A DNA stretch of 64,000 nt from an uncultured Gemmatimonadaceae bacterium. Lineage in GTDB: Bacteria > Gemmatimonadota > Gemmatimonadetes > Gemmatimonadales > Gemmatimonadaceae. Under the pieces are notes generated by a model that was not told where the DNA came from, did no database searches, and saw nothing but the letters and a program-made list of their open reading frames with translations. Location of the stretch: positions 1,344,001 through 1,408,000 of the forward strand of contig CAVXGK010000002.1 in assembly GCA_963761305.1 (NCBI GenBank), in the 5' to 3' direction. The translations under genes and the position numbers were made by a program. Every line of letters begins with the position of its first letter. Positions within the stretch are counted from its first letter, which is position 1. Of the stretch, positions 10,557 through 22,384 are shown piece by piece.

Positions 10557-10912
10557 GGGCACGGCGGCGAATCCAGCGCGCCGCTCGAGGAGTCGATCGT
10601 GAGGATGTCACCGCCGAGATGACCGAAGTACTCCTCGACGCACCAGAGAATCATCTTCCGGGTCAGTGCCAGTCGGGCCGATGACGGGCCGACGCTCGAA
10701 CTGTCGACCAGGCCGGATAGTCGCACGATGACCAGCGCCGGGGGAACTCCGGCGCGTCGCTCCGTTCCGACGAAGCTCCAGACGGCACATCGCAGCGTGT
10801 GCTCGTTGATCGGCGCGTCCGCAAGCGCGGTCGAGATCTTGGCGCGCAGATCCTTGGCGTCGGCGAGATCGTCGACCGTGCGCATTCGGACGGTGCCTTG
10901 CCCTATGTCCAT
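10553..10912 (-). CDS. Hypothetical helical protein
   Basis: GGAGG Shine-Dalgarno; motif RRAGVPPALVIVRL...WCVEEYFG. Confidence 0.6.
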   Translation of the reverse strand: MDIGQGTVRMRTVDDLADAKDLRAKISTALADAPINEHTLRCAVWSFVGTERRAGVPPALVIVRLSGLVDSSSVGPSSARLALTRKMILWCVEEYFGHLGGDILTIDSSSGALDSPPCP

Positions 10913-11194
10913 GGAGCCTCCTGCGATGCCGCGAGCAAGCTGACCAGAAGGCTCGGGGATCCGGCGCATTCACCTGCGCAACGCGGAGGCCAAAGGGAGC
11001 GGGACAGGCCGCTCACCAGCTGTGTGAAATATAGTCGATGCCGCTCGCGACGCGCGGCGCACCGCCGGTGGGTCCAAGGTCCACTGCGACCCGGCGTGTG
11101 TTGGACTTTATGATCACGCGATCGCCGCGTGCCCCCCACCGCTGTCGCGATCCGTCGAGCCCGACGAACCCCACAATTCGAACGAGAGAGCGAT

Positions 11195-12598
11195 ATGACC
11201 CCAGCGAACACACGGATCGAGCACGACCTGTTGGGCGACTTGCCCGTTCCCGCCGACGCCTATTACGGCATTCAGACGGCCCGCGCACTCGACAATTTCA
11301 AGATCACGGGCCAACCGCTGAGCGTGTTTCCGAATTTCATCAAGGCGCTGGCGATGGTAAAGCTCGCCGCGGCGCGCGCCAACTTCGAGACCGGCGGGTT
11401 CTCAAGAGAGGTTCTCACCGCGATCGAGAAGGCCTGCCAGGAAATCATCGATGGCAAGCTCCACGACCAGTTCCAGCTCGACATCCTGCAGGGCGGCGCC
11501 GGCACGTCGACGAACATGAACGCCAACGAGGTGATCGCGAACCGCGGCCTCGAGCTCATGGGCAAGAAGAAGGGGGAATACAAATTCCTAGACCCGCACG
11601 ACCACGTCAACCGATCCCAGTCGACGAACGATTCGTATCCGACGTCGATGCACGTCGGCATGGCGCTTGGCAACGCGGAAGTCGTCGCGGCCTTCGAGAA
11701 GCTCATCGCCGCGTTCAAGGCGAAGGGGACCGAGTTCAAGGACATGCTCAAGATGGGACGGACACAGTTGCAAGACGCCGTCCCGATGACGCTCGGCCAG
11801 GAATTCAACGCGTTCGCGCGGACCCTGGCGGACGAAGTGCGCGCGCTCGACACCATCAAGGGCGTCTTGTGCGAAGTGAGCATGGGCGGGACGGCGATCG
11901 GCACCGGGCTCAACGCGCCGGAGGGCTACGCACAGAAGTGCGCCGACCACCTCGCGAAGGTCACGCGTCTCCCGATTCACCTCGCAACGGATCTCATCGA
12001 AGCCACGCAGGATACGCAGGCGTTCGTCCTGTACGGGTCGGCGCTCAAGAGTCTCGCCATCAAGCTCGCCAAGGTGGGCAACGATCTTCGACTGCTGTCC
12101 TCGGGACCGCGCTGCGGCCTGCACGAAATCAACCTGCCGGCAACGCAGCCGGGCTCGTCGATCATGCCCGGGAAAGTGAACCCTGTCATCCCCGAGGTCA
12201 CCAACATGGTGGCGTACCGGGTCATCGGAAACGATCTCGTCATCACGCTCTCGGCCGAGAACGGGCAGCTCCAGCTGAACGCATTCGAGCCGGTGATGGC
12301 CGCGTGCATCTTCGAGTCACAGAAGCTGCTCGTCAACGCCGCCGACACGCTTCGCAAGTTCTGCGTGGAAGGCATCACGGCCAATGAGGATGTGCTCAAG
12401 CACTACATGGAGTCGAGCATCGGAACGGTCACAGCGCTCAACCCGGTCATCGGCTACGACAAGGCGACGGAGCTCGCCGCCGAAGCGCTGAAATCGGGCG
12501 ACGGGATTCTCGAGATCGTTCGCGAAAAGCACATCCTGACCGACGAGCAGATCGACGAGATCCTGAGTCCCGCCGCTCTGACCGGCTCGGGACGTTAG
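11195..12598 (+). CDS. aspA: Aspartate ammonia-lyase
   Basis: RIEHDLLG, YYGIQTARA, QGGAGTSTNMNANEVIAN, KMGRTQLQDAVP, GSSIMPGKVNP. Confidence 0.93.
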   Translation: MTPANTRIEHDLLGDLPVPADAYYGIQTARALDNFKITGQPLSVFPNFIKALAMVKLAAARANFETGGFSREVLTAIEKACQEIIDGKLHDQFQLDILQGGAGTSTNMNANEVIANRGLELMGKKKGEYKFLDPHDHVNRSQSTNDSYPTSMHVGMALGNAEVVAAFEKLIAAFKAKGTEFKDMLKMGRTQLQDAVPMTLGQEFNAFARTLADEVRALDTIKGVLCEVSMGGTAIGTGLNAPEGYAQKCADHLAKVTRLPIHLATDLIEATQDTQAFVLYGSALKSLAIKLAKVGNDLRLLSSGPRCGLHEINLPATQPGSSIMPGKVNPVIPEVTNMVAYRVIGNDLVITLSAENGQLQLNAFEPVMAACIFESQKLLVNAADTLRKFCVEGITANEDVLKHYMESSIGTVTALNPVIGYDKATELAAEALKSGDGILEIVREKHILTDEQIDEILSPAALTGSGR

Positions 12599-12621
12599 CC
12601 CGAGCCACGAGGAATTACTTC

Positions 12622-13728
12622 ATGTCGAGGCTTCATATGACAAAGCGCAACGTGATGGTCGCGTTCCTGGTGGTCGTCGGAGCGGTGAGCGCGGGGGCGC
12701 AGGGCGGAACGGCGAGCGGCACCGTGGTGGACACCATGTCGCTGCCGAAAGTCGTCGTGCTCGCGACGGGCGGCACGATCGCCGGAGCGGCCAAGAGCAA
12801 CGTGACCGCCGGCTACTCGAGCGGCCAAGTCGGTGTCGACGAGCTGCTCAACGCCGTGCCGGAGGCGAAAAAGCTGGCCAGGCTGAGCGGCGAGCAGGTC
12901 TCGAACATCGGCTCGCAGGACATGAACGATCAGGTGTGGATCAAGCTCGCCGACCGGGTGAACGCGATCCTGGCGATGCCGGACGTGACGGGTGTCGTGA
13001 TCACGCACGGAACGGACACGATCGAAGAGACGGCGTATTTCCTGAATCTCGTGGTGCATTCACGAAAGCCAGTCGTCCTGACCGCATCGATGCGTCCCTC
13101 CACGGCGCTCTCGGCCGACGGTCCCCTCAACTTCTTCAACGCCGTCGCGGTGGCCGCGGACAAGGAATCGGCCGGGCGCGGGGTACTCGTCGTCGTCAAC
13201 GATTGGATTCACGGCGCGCAATCGCTCACCAAGACCAGCACCACCGCCGTCCAGACCTTCTTGTCGCCGCTCTCGGGTCTCATCGGCACGGTCAACTACG
13301 GCGTGATGGAGTGGTATCGCGGGCCCATCGGCAAGAACACCCTGAACTCCGAGTTCTCGGTCGATCAGAACACGGTCCTGCCGCGCGTCGACATCATCAT
13401 GGCCACCGAGAACATGGACGGCGCGTTGATCAACGCCGCCGCCGCGAACGGTGCGAAAGGGATCGTGATCGCCGGGGTCGGCAACGGAAACATGACGAAG
13501 CCCGCGCTTGAGGCGCTCGCCGCGCAAGCGAAGAAGGGGATCGTGTGCGTCCGTTCGACCCGCGTGACCACCGGCGAAGTCGGGCGCAACGTCGAAGTGA
13601 AGGACGACAGCCTCAACTTCGTCGCGTCGCTCGGGCTCAATCCTCAGAAGTCGCGGGTTCTCCTGCGCCTGGCGCTGCTCAAGACGAGCGACCCGAGAAC
13701 CATCCAGCGCTACTTCGACGAATACTGA
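12622..13728 (+). CDS. ansB: Type II (secreted) L-asparaginase/glutaminase
   Basis: Signal peptide; LATGGTIAG and ITHGTDTIEET catalytic motifs; MRPSTALSADGP; LNPQKSR. Confidence 0.9.
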   Translation: MSRLHMTKRNVMVAFLVVVGAVSAGAQGGTASGTVVDTMSLPKVVVLATGGTIAGAAKSNVTAGYSSGQVGVDELLNAVPEAKKLARLSGEQVSNIGSQDMNDQVWIKLADRVNAILAMPDVTGVVITHGTDTIEETAYFLNLVVHSRKPVVLTASMRPSTALSADGPLNFFNAVAVAADKESAGRGVLVVVNDWIHGAQSLTKTSTTAVQTFLSPLSGLIGTVNYGVMEWYRGPIGKNTLNSEFSVDQNTVLPRVDIIMATENMDGALINAAAANGAKGIVIAGVGNGNMTKPALEALAAQAKKGIVCVRSTRVTTGEVGRNVEVKDDSLNFVASLGLNPQKSRVLLRLALLKTSDPRTIQRYFDEY

Positions 13729-13803
13729 TTCTCGTCTGATGCTCGGAGGCCGCGTCGCGTGGTGGGCGCGGCCTCTACGTCTTCACCCTGGGCACGGCGA
13801 CCG

Positions 13804-15099
13804 ATGATCGCTCCGCATTCGCGATGGCTCGTGGGACTCGCGCTGTGCCTGGCCGCGGGAAGCGCCGCGCTCGCCCAGAAGCCGGGCAAGACGCGGGCGG
13901 ATTCGGTCCGCGATTCCACGTTGTCCGCCGAGCTGACCGCCGCCGAAGCCGACGCCGAGCCGATGCGTCGCAACCTGCTCCGCCGCCTGGAGTGGAACCT
14001 GGGGTTCACCACGTTCCAGGTGGGCGGCGGCCTCTTGTTCGAATGGATCGCCTACTGGCAAGACTCGGCGAGCATCAAGCAGTTCCCCAATCTGAATCCT
14101 CAATACAAGTTCCGTGATGGGCGCTTTCTGTTGGGTGGCCGTTTCAACACGAAACGGCCCTTCACGTGGCAAGCGGGCATCATGTGGGATCAGTTGACCA
14201 ACAAGTTTCTCGTCCGGCAGACCGGACTCATGGTCTCTGTCCCCGAGATCTACAGCCACTTCTTCATCGGGCGGGCGAAGGAGGGGTTCAGTCTCAACAA
14301 GGTGATGGGCGGTTACGACGGGTGGTCGATGGAGCGCCTTCCCTTCACCGACGCCACCGTCCCGCTGCTGGCGGACGGCATCAAGTGGCTCGGCTACGTG
14401 CCGACGAACCATTTGTTCTGGAACCTCGGCGCGTTCATGGATGGGTTTTCGCAAGGGCAGACGTTCTCGACCTACAACTACCAGTTCGTCGCGCGCGCGG
14501 GATGGGACCCGTTTCCCGGGGATTCATCCGGAAAGCTCCTGCACATGGCGATGAATTTCCGCATCGGCCACCCCGACAAGGATTCGCTGCAGCTCCGCTC
14601 GAAGCCGGAGGCATTCCCCGCCCCGTACTTCATCGATACGGGCGATTTCCCGGCGACCTCGGCGCTCGCGTTCGGCCCGGAGTTGTACTACCGGCTCGGC
14701 CGCGTCCTCATGGGAAGCGAGTACTACTGGCAACACGTCACCTCACCGCAGACGGGCAACCCCTGGTTCCACGGCGGCGAGGCCGTCGTCTCCTGGGTGA
14801 CCACGGGCGAAGTGCGACCGTTCAACCTCGCTGGCAATTACTTCACAGAAGTCGAATCCGACAGCACGGTGATCCAAGGCGGACCCGGAGGGTGGGCGCC
14901 GCTGGTGAAGGTCTCGTACAGCAACCTCACCAACGGTCCGATTCAGGGAGGGATCCTCTGGCGAGTCACGCCGATGATCAACTGGTACCTCACCGACAAC
15001 GTCCGCCTCGAATTCGCCTACGGGTACGCTTGGCTGAACCGATTCGAGCTGCGAGGCGCGACGATGTTTTTTCAGTCCCGCCTTCAATTGCGGCTGTGA
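13804..15099 (+). CDS. OprO/OprP-like outer membrane porin
   Basis: Signal peptide; KEGFSL...MER motif; amphipathic beta strands; NWYLT...RLEFAY; terminal RLQLRL. Confidence 0.75.
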   Translation: MIAPHSRWLVGLALCLAAGSAALAQKPGKTRADSVRDSTLSAELTAAEADAEPMRRNLLRRLEWNLGFTTFQVGGGLLFEWIAYWQDSASIKQFPNLNPQYKFRDGRFLLGGRFNTKRPFTWQAGIMWDQLTNKFLVRQTGLMVSVPEIYSHFFIGRAKEGFSLNKVMGGYDGWSMERLPFTDATVPLLADGIKWLGYVPTNHLFWNLGAFMDGFSQGQTFSTYNYQFVARAGWDPFPGDSSGKLLHMAMNFRIGHPDKDSLQLRSKPEAFPAPYFIDTGDFPATSALAFGPELYYRLGRVLMGSEYYWQHVTSPQTGNPWFHGGEAVVSWVTTGEVRPFNLAGNYFTEVESDSTVIQGGPGGWAPLVKVSYSNLTNGPIQGGILWRVTPMINWYLTDNVRLEFAYGYAWLNRFELRGATMFFQSRLQLRL

Positions 15100-15127
15100 C
15101 GGCCGCCTGACGCCGCTCGGAGGGATC

Positions 15128-15919
15128 GTGGCGAAACACGCTCGGTTTACGTTCGTCACGGCGGGGCTCGCCGTCACGCTGTTCGTCGGCATACTGATTT
15201 GTCTCGAGGTCGGACGCGACTGGGGAACGCACGAGATCGCGATCCACGGCGCTGAAGCACGAACCGGCGTCGGCGTGGTCGACGGCGCCGTGTACGCCAT
15301 GCTCGCTCTCCTGTTGGGATTCAGCTTCAACGGAGCCGCGGCGCGGTTCGACGCACGACGCTCCCTGATCGCGCAGGAAGTGAACGCGATCGGTACGGCG
15401 TGGCAGCGCATCGACCTGCTGCCCGCCGACGCACAGGCGAAGGCCATCCGCGCCGGCATGCAGCGCTATCTCGACGCGCTCCTCGCGTCGTATGCACAGA
15501 CGTTGGGCGCAGTCGATCCGTTCAGCGAGCCTGGCGTGATGAACGACGCTCAACGCGATCTCTGGTCGCAGTCGGTGGCGGCGTGCATCACACCGAACGG
15601 TGAAAAGGCGAGAATGCTCCTCTTGCCGGGGCTCAACGAAATGTTCGGCCTCGTGGAGCAGGAGCGCCTCGCGCGGCGCGTTCACCCGCCCTTCATCGTC
15701 TACATGATGTTGGCCATGACGGCGCTCGCCTCGTCGCTCTTTGCCGGCTACGGCCTGGCCGGCACGCCCGACCGCAACTGGCTCTATATCATAGGCGTGG
15801 CCGCGACGATCTCCGCCATCTTGTACGTCATCGTGGAGCTCGAATATCCCCGCCGCGGTCTCGTTCGCATCGACGACATGGACCAGGCGCTGGTGGAGTT
15901 GCGCGCGACGATGACGTGA
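15128..15919 (+). CDS. DUF4239-like (bestrophin-like) membrane protein
   Basis: LALLLGFSF...RFDARR...EVNAIGTAW..DLLP; ELEYPRRGLVRID. Confidence 0.75.
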   Translation: MAKHARFTFVTAGLAVTLFVGILICLEVGRDWGTHEIAIHGAEARTGVGVVDGAVYAMLALLLGFSFNGAAARFDARRSLIAQEVNAIGTAWQRIDLLPADAQAKAIRAGMQRYLDALLASYAQTLGAVDPFSEPGVMNDAQRDLWSQSVAACITPNGEKARMLLLPGLNEMFGLVEQERLARRVHPPFIVYMMLAMTALASSLFAGYGLAGTPDRNWLYIIGVAATISAILYVIVELEYPRRGLVRIDDMDQALVELRATMT

Positions 15920-15932
15920 GCGGTCGATCCGG

Positions 15933-16967
15933 TCAGAAGGTGATCATGACCTTGATGGCATCGCGACCGTTCATCGCGCGATAGCCGTCCGGGACGCCGT
16001 CGAGACTCGTCACGCGGTCGAACACGCGCCCCGGCTGGATGCGCCCGTCGAGCACGTCGGGCAGCAGCGTGTCGATGTACGCGCGCACCGGCGCGGGGCC
16101 ACCGCCGATCGTGATGTTCTTGAAGAACACCTCCGAGGCCATCGGCACCGTCGCGGCTTGCGGGACGCCGACCCGGCCGACGGCCCCGCCCGCGCGCGTG
16201 ATGCTCAGCGCCGTGACCGTCGATTCTTCATAGCCGACGCACTCGAGCACCGAGTGCGCGCCGAGTCCGCCCGTGAGCTCGCGCACGCGCTCGATCGCCT
16301 CTTGGCCGCGCTCGCTGACGATATCGGTCGCGCCGAACTCGCGCGCGAGCGCAACGCGGTCGTGGTGACGCCCCAGAACCATGATGCGTTCCGCGCCGAG
16401 GCGGCGCGCGGCGATGACGCCGCAGAGGCCGACGGCGCCGTCGCCGACGATCGCGACCGTCTTACCCGGGCCGACCTTCGCCGCTGTCGCCGCGTGATGC
16501 CCGGTGCCCATGACATCCGACAGCGTGAGCAGCGATGGCATGAGCGCCGCGTCGCGCTCGACCGGAAGCACGACGAGCGTTCCGTCGGCTTGCGGGGCAC
16601 GCACCGCCTCGCCCTGCCCGCCGTCGACGCCAGGGCTGCCCCACCCGCCTCCGTGAAGACACGACGACTGCAGCCCCGCTCGGCAGAACTCGCACGTTCC
16701 GTCGGACCAGAGGAACGGCGCGACGACGAGGTCGCCTTTCTTCACCGTTCGCACCGCAGCGCCGACATCCTCCACGAGGCCGATGAACTCGTGGCCCATG
16801 CGGCGACCCGTCGGCGTCGGCGCCATCTTCTTGTACGGCCACAGGTCGCTGCCGCAAATGCACGCGCGCGTGATCCGGATCAGCGCGTCCGTCGGTTCCA
16901 GGATCTTCGCATCGGGGACGGTCTCCACGCGGACGTCCCCCGCGCCGTACATCAACGTGGCTCGCAT
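15933..16967 (-). CDS. Zinc-dependent alcohol dehydrogenase (MDR family)
   Basis: CICGSDLW, GHEFIG, structural Cys cluster, GDGAVG. Confidence 0.92.
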   Translation of the reverse strand: MRATLMYGAGDVRVETVPDAKILEPTDALIRITRACICGSDLWPYKKMAPTPTGRRMGHEFIGLVEDVGAAVRTVKKGDLVVAPFLWSDGTCEFCRAGLQSSCLHGGGWGSPGVDGGQGEAVRAPQADGTLVVLPVERDAALMPSLLTLSDVMGTGHHAATAAKVGPGKTVAIVGDGAVGLCGVIAARRLGAERIMVLGRHHDRVALAREFGATDIVSERGQEAIERVRELTGGLGAHSVLECVGYEESTVTALSITRAGGAVGRVGVPQAATVPMASEVFFKNITIGGGPAPVRAYIDTLLPDVLDGRIQPGRVFDRVTSLDGVPDGYRAMNGRDAIKVMITF

Positions 16968-17006
16968 TCGAGTCCTGTCACCTGTGTGACTGTCGCCGGT
17001 CTCACG

Positions 17007-17213
17007 CTATTTGTCTTGCAGCACGAACGTCACTTTCAGCAACACGCGGTACTCCGAGACCTTGCCTTTCTCGACGATGACCTTCTGGCTCTTCACCCAC
17101 GCGCTGGTGATGTTGCGGAGCGTTTTCTCGGCGCGGGCGATGCCGACGGTGAGCGCGTCTTCGAAACTCTTTGGTGAGGAAGATTGAATCTCGGTTATCT
17201 TGGCGACGGACAT
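17007..17213 (-). CDS. Dodecin family protein
   Basis: MSVAKITEI..SSPKSFEDA...ARAEKTLRNITSAWV...EYRVLLKVTF. Confidence 0.88.
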   Translation of the reverse strand: MSVAKITEIQSSSPKSFEDALTVGIARAEKTLRNITSAWVKSQKVIVEKGKVSEYRVLLKVTFVLQDK

Positions 17214-17441
17214 GGGGCGCTCCGGAGTGGAGTGCGGCGCCGCGCCCCATGACCGAGTGTCACGGGCGCCGCGCCGACCGTCCGGACAACGCTAGCGGGA
17301 AAGCCTCGTGAGCGCGCGAGCGCCGGCTCATAGCCGCCTCAACCAATCGCCGCAAGGCGAGTCGCGCCGTTTGGACGCTGTTCCGCCGGCGACTACTCTT
17401 CGACAGGCGATTCGCGCGCGACATCCCAGGGGGAGAGGTTC

Positions 17442-17792
17442 ATGAAGGCGTCACCGATGGCTGGCGGGCTCGACTCCGCCCTGACCGACGCGGCGTCGCG
17501 TCGCATGTCGAACCAACTCGCGCGCGCCTATCGCGGAACGTTCGGCGCCCGGACCGGGCTGCGGGTCATCGTCTTGCCGCTGGCGCGCGAGATGATTCGC
17601 GGCGGCGTGTCGCCCGAGGCGGCCAACGGCATGCTGGAGCGTTGCGTCCTCGACCATCCGGCCCGGGTCATCGGCGACGCGCAGCAGACGACGGGAGGCG
17701 CCGCGCATTCCGGAATTCTCATCGACCTGATGCACGAGTGCGTCGCCGCGGCGGTCCTCGAATGCGCGACGGCCGCGCGCGCGAGCGGATGA
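17442..17792 (+). CDS. Hypothetical protein
   Basis: GGAGAGG upstream of ATG; protein-like composition. Confidence 0.5.
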   Translation: MKASPMAGGLDSALTDAASRRMSNQLARAYRGTFGARTGLRVIVLPLAREMIRGGVSPEAANGMLERCVLDHPARVIGDAQQTTGGAAHSGILIDLMHECVAAAVLECATAARASG

Positions 17793-17796
17793 CACC

Positions 17797-17985
17797 ATGG
17801 TCGCCATGAAGCGAAAGCCGGTACAGGTTCTTCTCGTCGAGAACAAGCTGATCATGCTCTGCGACGACGGCACGATGTGGCTCGGTCAACCCGCCAACGC
17901 GGCGGCCGTCGACTGGCAACAAATGACAACCCCTCCGGACACCGACGAGACTGGTCCGGTCGGCTTTCGCACGGCCAAGGGATGA
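17797..17985 (+). CDS. Small hypothetical protein
   Basis: Follows the previous gene by 4 nt; motif LCDDGTMW. Confidence 0.55.
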   Translation: MVAMKRKPVQVLLVENKLIMLCDDGTMWLGQPANAAAVDWQQMTTPPDTDETGPVGFRTAKG

Positions 17986-18007
17986 GCGCCGCCGAGCGCC
18001 GAGCCGT

Positions 18008-19420
18008 TCACTCGTTCGAACGGCCGCCCGGGCGCTCGAGCCATGTCTCGCGCCAGAAAACGTGCTCGTCCTCGGCGTTGAAGCCCACGTTTTCGCCGGT
18101 GCTGCGCACACCTTCGAGCACGATCGACGGAATCGACATCGTTTTGAGCTCGCCCGTTCGCTCGGCGATCACCCGATGGAGGACCGCCCGCACCACGTAT
18201 TCTCCGCCGCAGTAGCGGAGCATCTCGGGGTCGAAGTACAGACCGCGGTTGCGGCTCTGGTTGTTGAGCGTTCTCGCAATTCGCTCCTTCGACTTGACTC
18301 TGACAGGATCGCCGGGCTCGAGACCGAGCGACTCAGTGGGAGACGTCACCGACGTCGAGCGGTCCAGGTACGGGAACACCGCCACGCCGCGCTTTTTCTG
18401 AACCCAGTTGAAGCACGCGACGCCCGTGCCTGACAACAGGACGCGCAGGCGGACGTTCCCGGTCGCGAAATCTCGAACGATGTGCCGAGGATCTCGCGCC
18501 GCAAGCGGCTCGGTGCCAGTCGCCAGCTCGGTGGCCTGACACATGTACGTCACGCGTCCGTCCGCCGCGTCGCGCCGAGCGAGCTGATACAGACGAGTCG
18601 GCGCGAGAGGCGGCCGGAACATTTGTTGTTCGAACGCTCGATCGGCCACGTCTTCGCGCCGCAGCCATGCCTCGTTCCACCGCAGGCGACAGTTCGACTC
18701 GCACCCGCCATGGGCCTCGCCAGTGCATCGAGCGTCGTCGAGCTGGACGACGTCGCGAACACGCTTGAGTCCCGCGTGATGAATCCAGTCGTGGATCTTG
18801 TCGACCCGTCGAAACACTGTGGCGCTTCGGCCGCAGAACGCGATCATTTCCGGCATGAAAGGCAGGCCGTCGCGCGCGCCGTTCGCATCGAGCGTCGCGA
18901 GAATCTCGTCGAGATTTCGGACGACGACCCGGTCGCCTGGCCGAAGATGAAGCACCCCGGCCCGACGGTCCAACACGGCCGTCACCGCCCGAAGACCTCG
19001 GGCAATCCAACTTCGCCGGGCCTCTCGCGGCGTGAGGTCCGCGTACGGTCGTCCCCCTCGTCCCAGTGCGTGTCGGCGGAGAACAATCCAGCCTCCCACG
19101 ATGACAAGCACCAAGAAGACCATCACGGCAACGAGCGCCGCGAGAACGAGCGATGCCGGGATCCACCCATCGGCGCGGGGGAAGACGCGTTGGTGCGCGG
19201 CGATCAGTGCGACTCCGATGCCGGCGGCCGTGGAGCACACTGCACCGACCGCGGCGGCGATTGCCGTCTTCCAGTAGCTCCTGCGGTATCTGTCTTCGGG
19301 GGAGCCGACCGCCGTGCGGTCGCGTGCGCCCGAGATGGGCGGCGCGCTCAGGTTCGCTCTACCGCGTCGTCGCGGTTCGTCGGCACGACGACGCCGACGA
19401 GGAGCATTTTCGGACTTCAT
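18008..19420 (-). CDS. Membrane-anchored hypothetical protein with an internally duplicated SH3-like, Cys-rich domain
   Basis: Two TM segments; repeats LRPGDRVVVR..EILATLD..G...GLPFMPEM..FCG and LEPGDPVRVK..RIARTLN..RNRGLYFDPEML.YCG, each ending W.E.WL. Confidence 0.7.
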   Translation of the reverse strand: MKSENAPRRRRRADEPRRRGRANLSAPPISGARDRTAVGSPEDRYRRSYWKTAIAAAVGAVCSTAAGIGVALIAAHQRVFPRADGWIPASLVLAALVAVMVFLVLVIVGGWIVLRRHALGRGGRPYADLTPREARRSWIARGLRAVTAVLDRRAGVLHLRPGDRVVVRNLDEILATLDANGARDGLPFMPEMIAFCGRSATVFRRVDKIHDWIHHAGLKRVRDVVQLDDARCTGEAHGGCESNCRLRWNEAWLRREDVADRAFEQQMFRPPLAPTRLYQLARRDAADGRVTYMCQATELATGTEPLAARDPRHIVRDFATGNVRLRVLLSGTGVACFNWVQKKRGVAVFPYLDRSTSVTSPTESLGLEPGDPVRVKSKERIARTLNNQSRNRGLYFDPEMLRYCGGEYVVRAVLHRVIAERTGELKTMSIPSIVLEGVRSTGENVGFNAEDEHVFWRETWLERPGGRSNE

Positions 19421-19676
19421 GCAGGAACACCCTGAGAGATGAGATCGTGGCGCTGCTTCGCGCCTCGGTCATGATCGCAAGACCGAGGCTGTCACCCGAT
19501 CACCCTCCCGCGGCACGCATCTCGTTGCTACACGGGCAGTTGGGTTGCCGAAAACCCGATGGCTCCCTTGATCTTAGTCTCGCGGGCGCGACGGCCACGT
19601 TGCGAGATCACGACACCGCGGCGTGGACGCGCGCGGGCCATTCTCCAAAATGATGCGGGTCGGCGGGACGGGCCGG

Positions 19677-20980
<1,304 letters not shown>

Positions 20981-20984
<4 letters not shown>

Positions 20985-22384
20985 GTCACCCGCGCCCCGA
21001 GCGGACCGATTTCGAACTCCCGCGCCGCCTGCTCGTGCTCGCTCCCGCGCATCTTGACGACGCGGAGCCTGCGCTGCCCGCCGTGCCCATCGCCCCACGC
21101 CAGATGGATGAGGTTGTCGGACATGTAGCTGAAGCGCTGCTGGGTCCAGGACGGGCCGAGTGTGCCCTCACCCGATTCGAGGGTGAGCATCGTCGAGACG
21201 CCGCGGACGGCGAAGTGTTGAATGAGCGAATACAAATAGTCGTGCAGCCGCTGTTCGTCGTTCGCGGCGATGGCCAGGTCGCCGACGGCGTCGATGACCA
21301 AACGCCGGACGGTGCCGGTGCGAATCGTCTCGAAGATCCGAGCGACGATGCTGTCGATCTGCAATTCGACTGGCGATGCGTACATCAATGAAAGCCCCTG
21401 TTCGTGGGCGAGCTCGGGGTCGTATCCCAGATTGGCCACGGCGCGCCGGAGCTGCGCGGGATTCTCCTGAAAATGGATGAACATCACCTCTTCGCCTCGC
21501 CTCACGCCCTCGATCGCGAATTGCAACGCGATCGTCGTCTTCCCCGAACCGGTCGACCCGATCACCAGCGTGGTCGATCCGGCGAACGGGCCACCCCCCA
21601 TGAGCTCGTCAAGTCCGGCGACGCCGGTCGGAAGGCGCTCGACGAGCGACTCGTAGTGCTCGGGGACACGCGGGGAGACGAGTCGCGGATATAGCGCCAA
21701 CCCGTCGCTGGTGATGCGAAAAGCGTGCTGACCCTCGCGATACGCGCTGCCTCTCAGCTTGAGCACTCGCATGAATCGCTCGTCGCGCGTCGTCAGCGGC
21801 TGGCGAGCCAGCTCCACGATCGAGTCGGCGACGGCGAACTCCGGCAGGCGGCCGATGTCGGCGCGGGTGTATTCGCCGAGCAGGAAGGCGGTGACGTCAT
21901 AGGCCGAAAGCAGGCCGGCGAACCGCGACATGAAGGCCCGCATGTCGTCTTTCGCCATCGACAGGTCGTGGATCGCCCGAAACGAGTCGATGACGATGAT
22001 GCGCGGTGAACGCGTCCTGATCGCGTCGGCGAGCCAGGTCAGGAGCGCCTCTGGTCCGTTGTCCGCCAACGCGCGGCCAAGATCGTCGTACTGGATGTCC
22101 GTTCCGATGCGGTCGACGTCGAAGAACGAAAACCGCTGCACGTACGTCACGACCTTGCTGAGCGGCTCCGAGAGGGTGGTGACGTACAGCAGCGGCCTCT
22201 CGCCGTCGACGTTGTGAAACAGCAGCTGTTCGGCGAAGATCGTTTTTCCGGTTCCGGGATCTCCCATCAGAATATTGATGGAGTTCCGCGGGAACCCGCC
22301 GCCGAGGATGGAGTCCGCTTGCGGATTGCCGCTTTGAATGCGCGACCCCACCCCGTTGTCGGTGATCGTGGCCTCGTCCGTCAT
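20981..22384 (-). CDS. KaiC-like double RecA-domain ATPase (RAD55/KaiC family)
   Basis: Two Walker A motifs GDPGTGKT and GSTGSGKT; VLKLRGS and VVKMRGS fingers; ATGA overlap with the upstream receiver gene. Confidence 0.9.
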
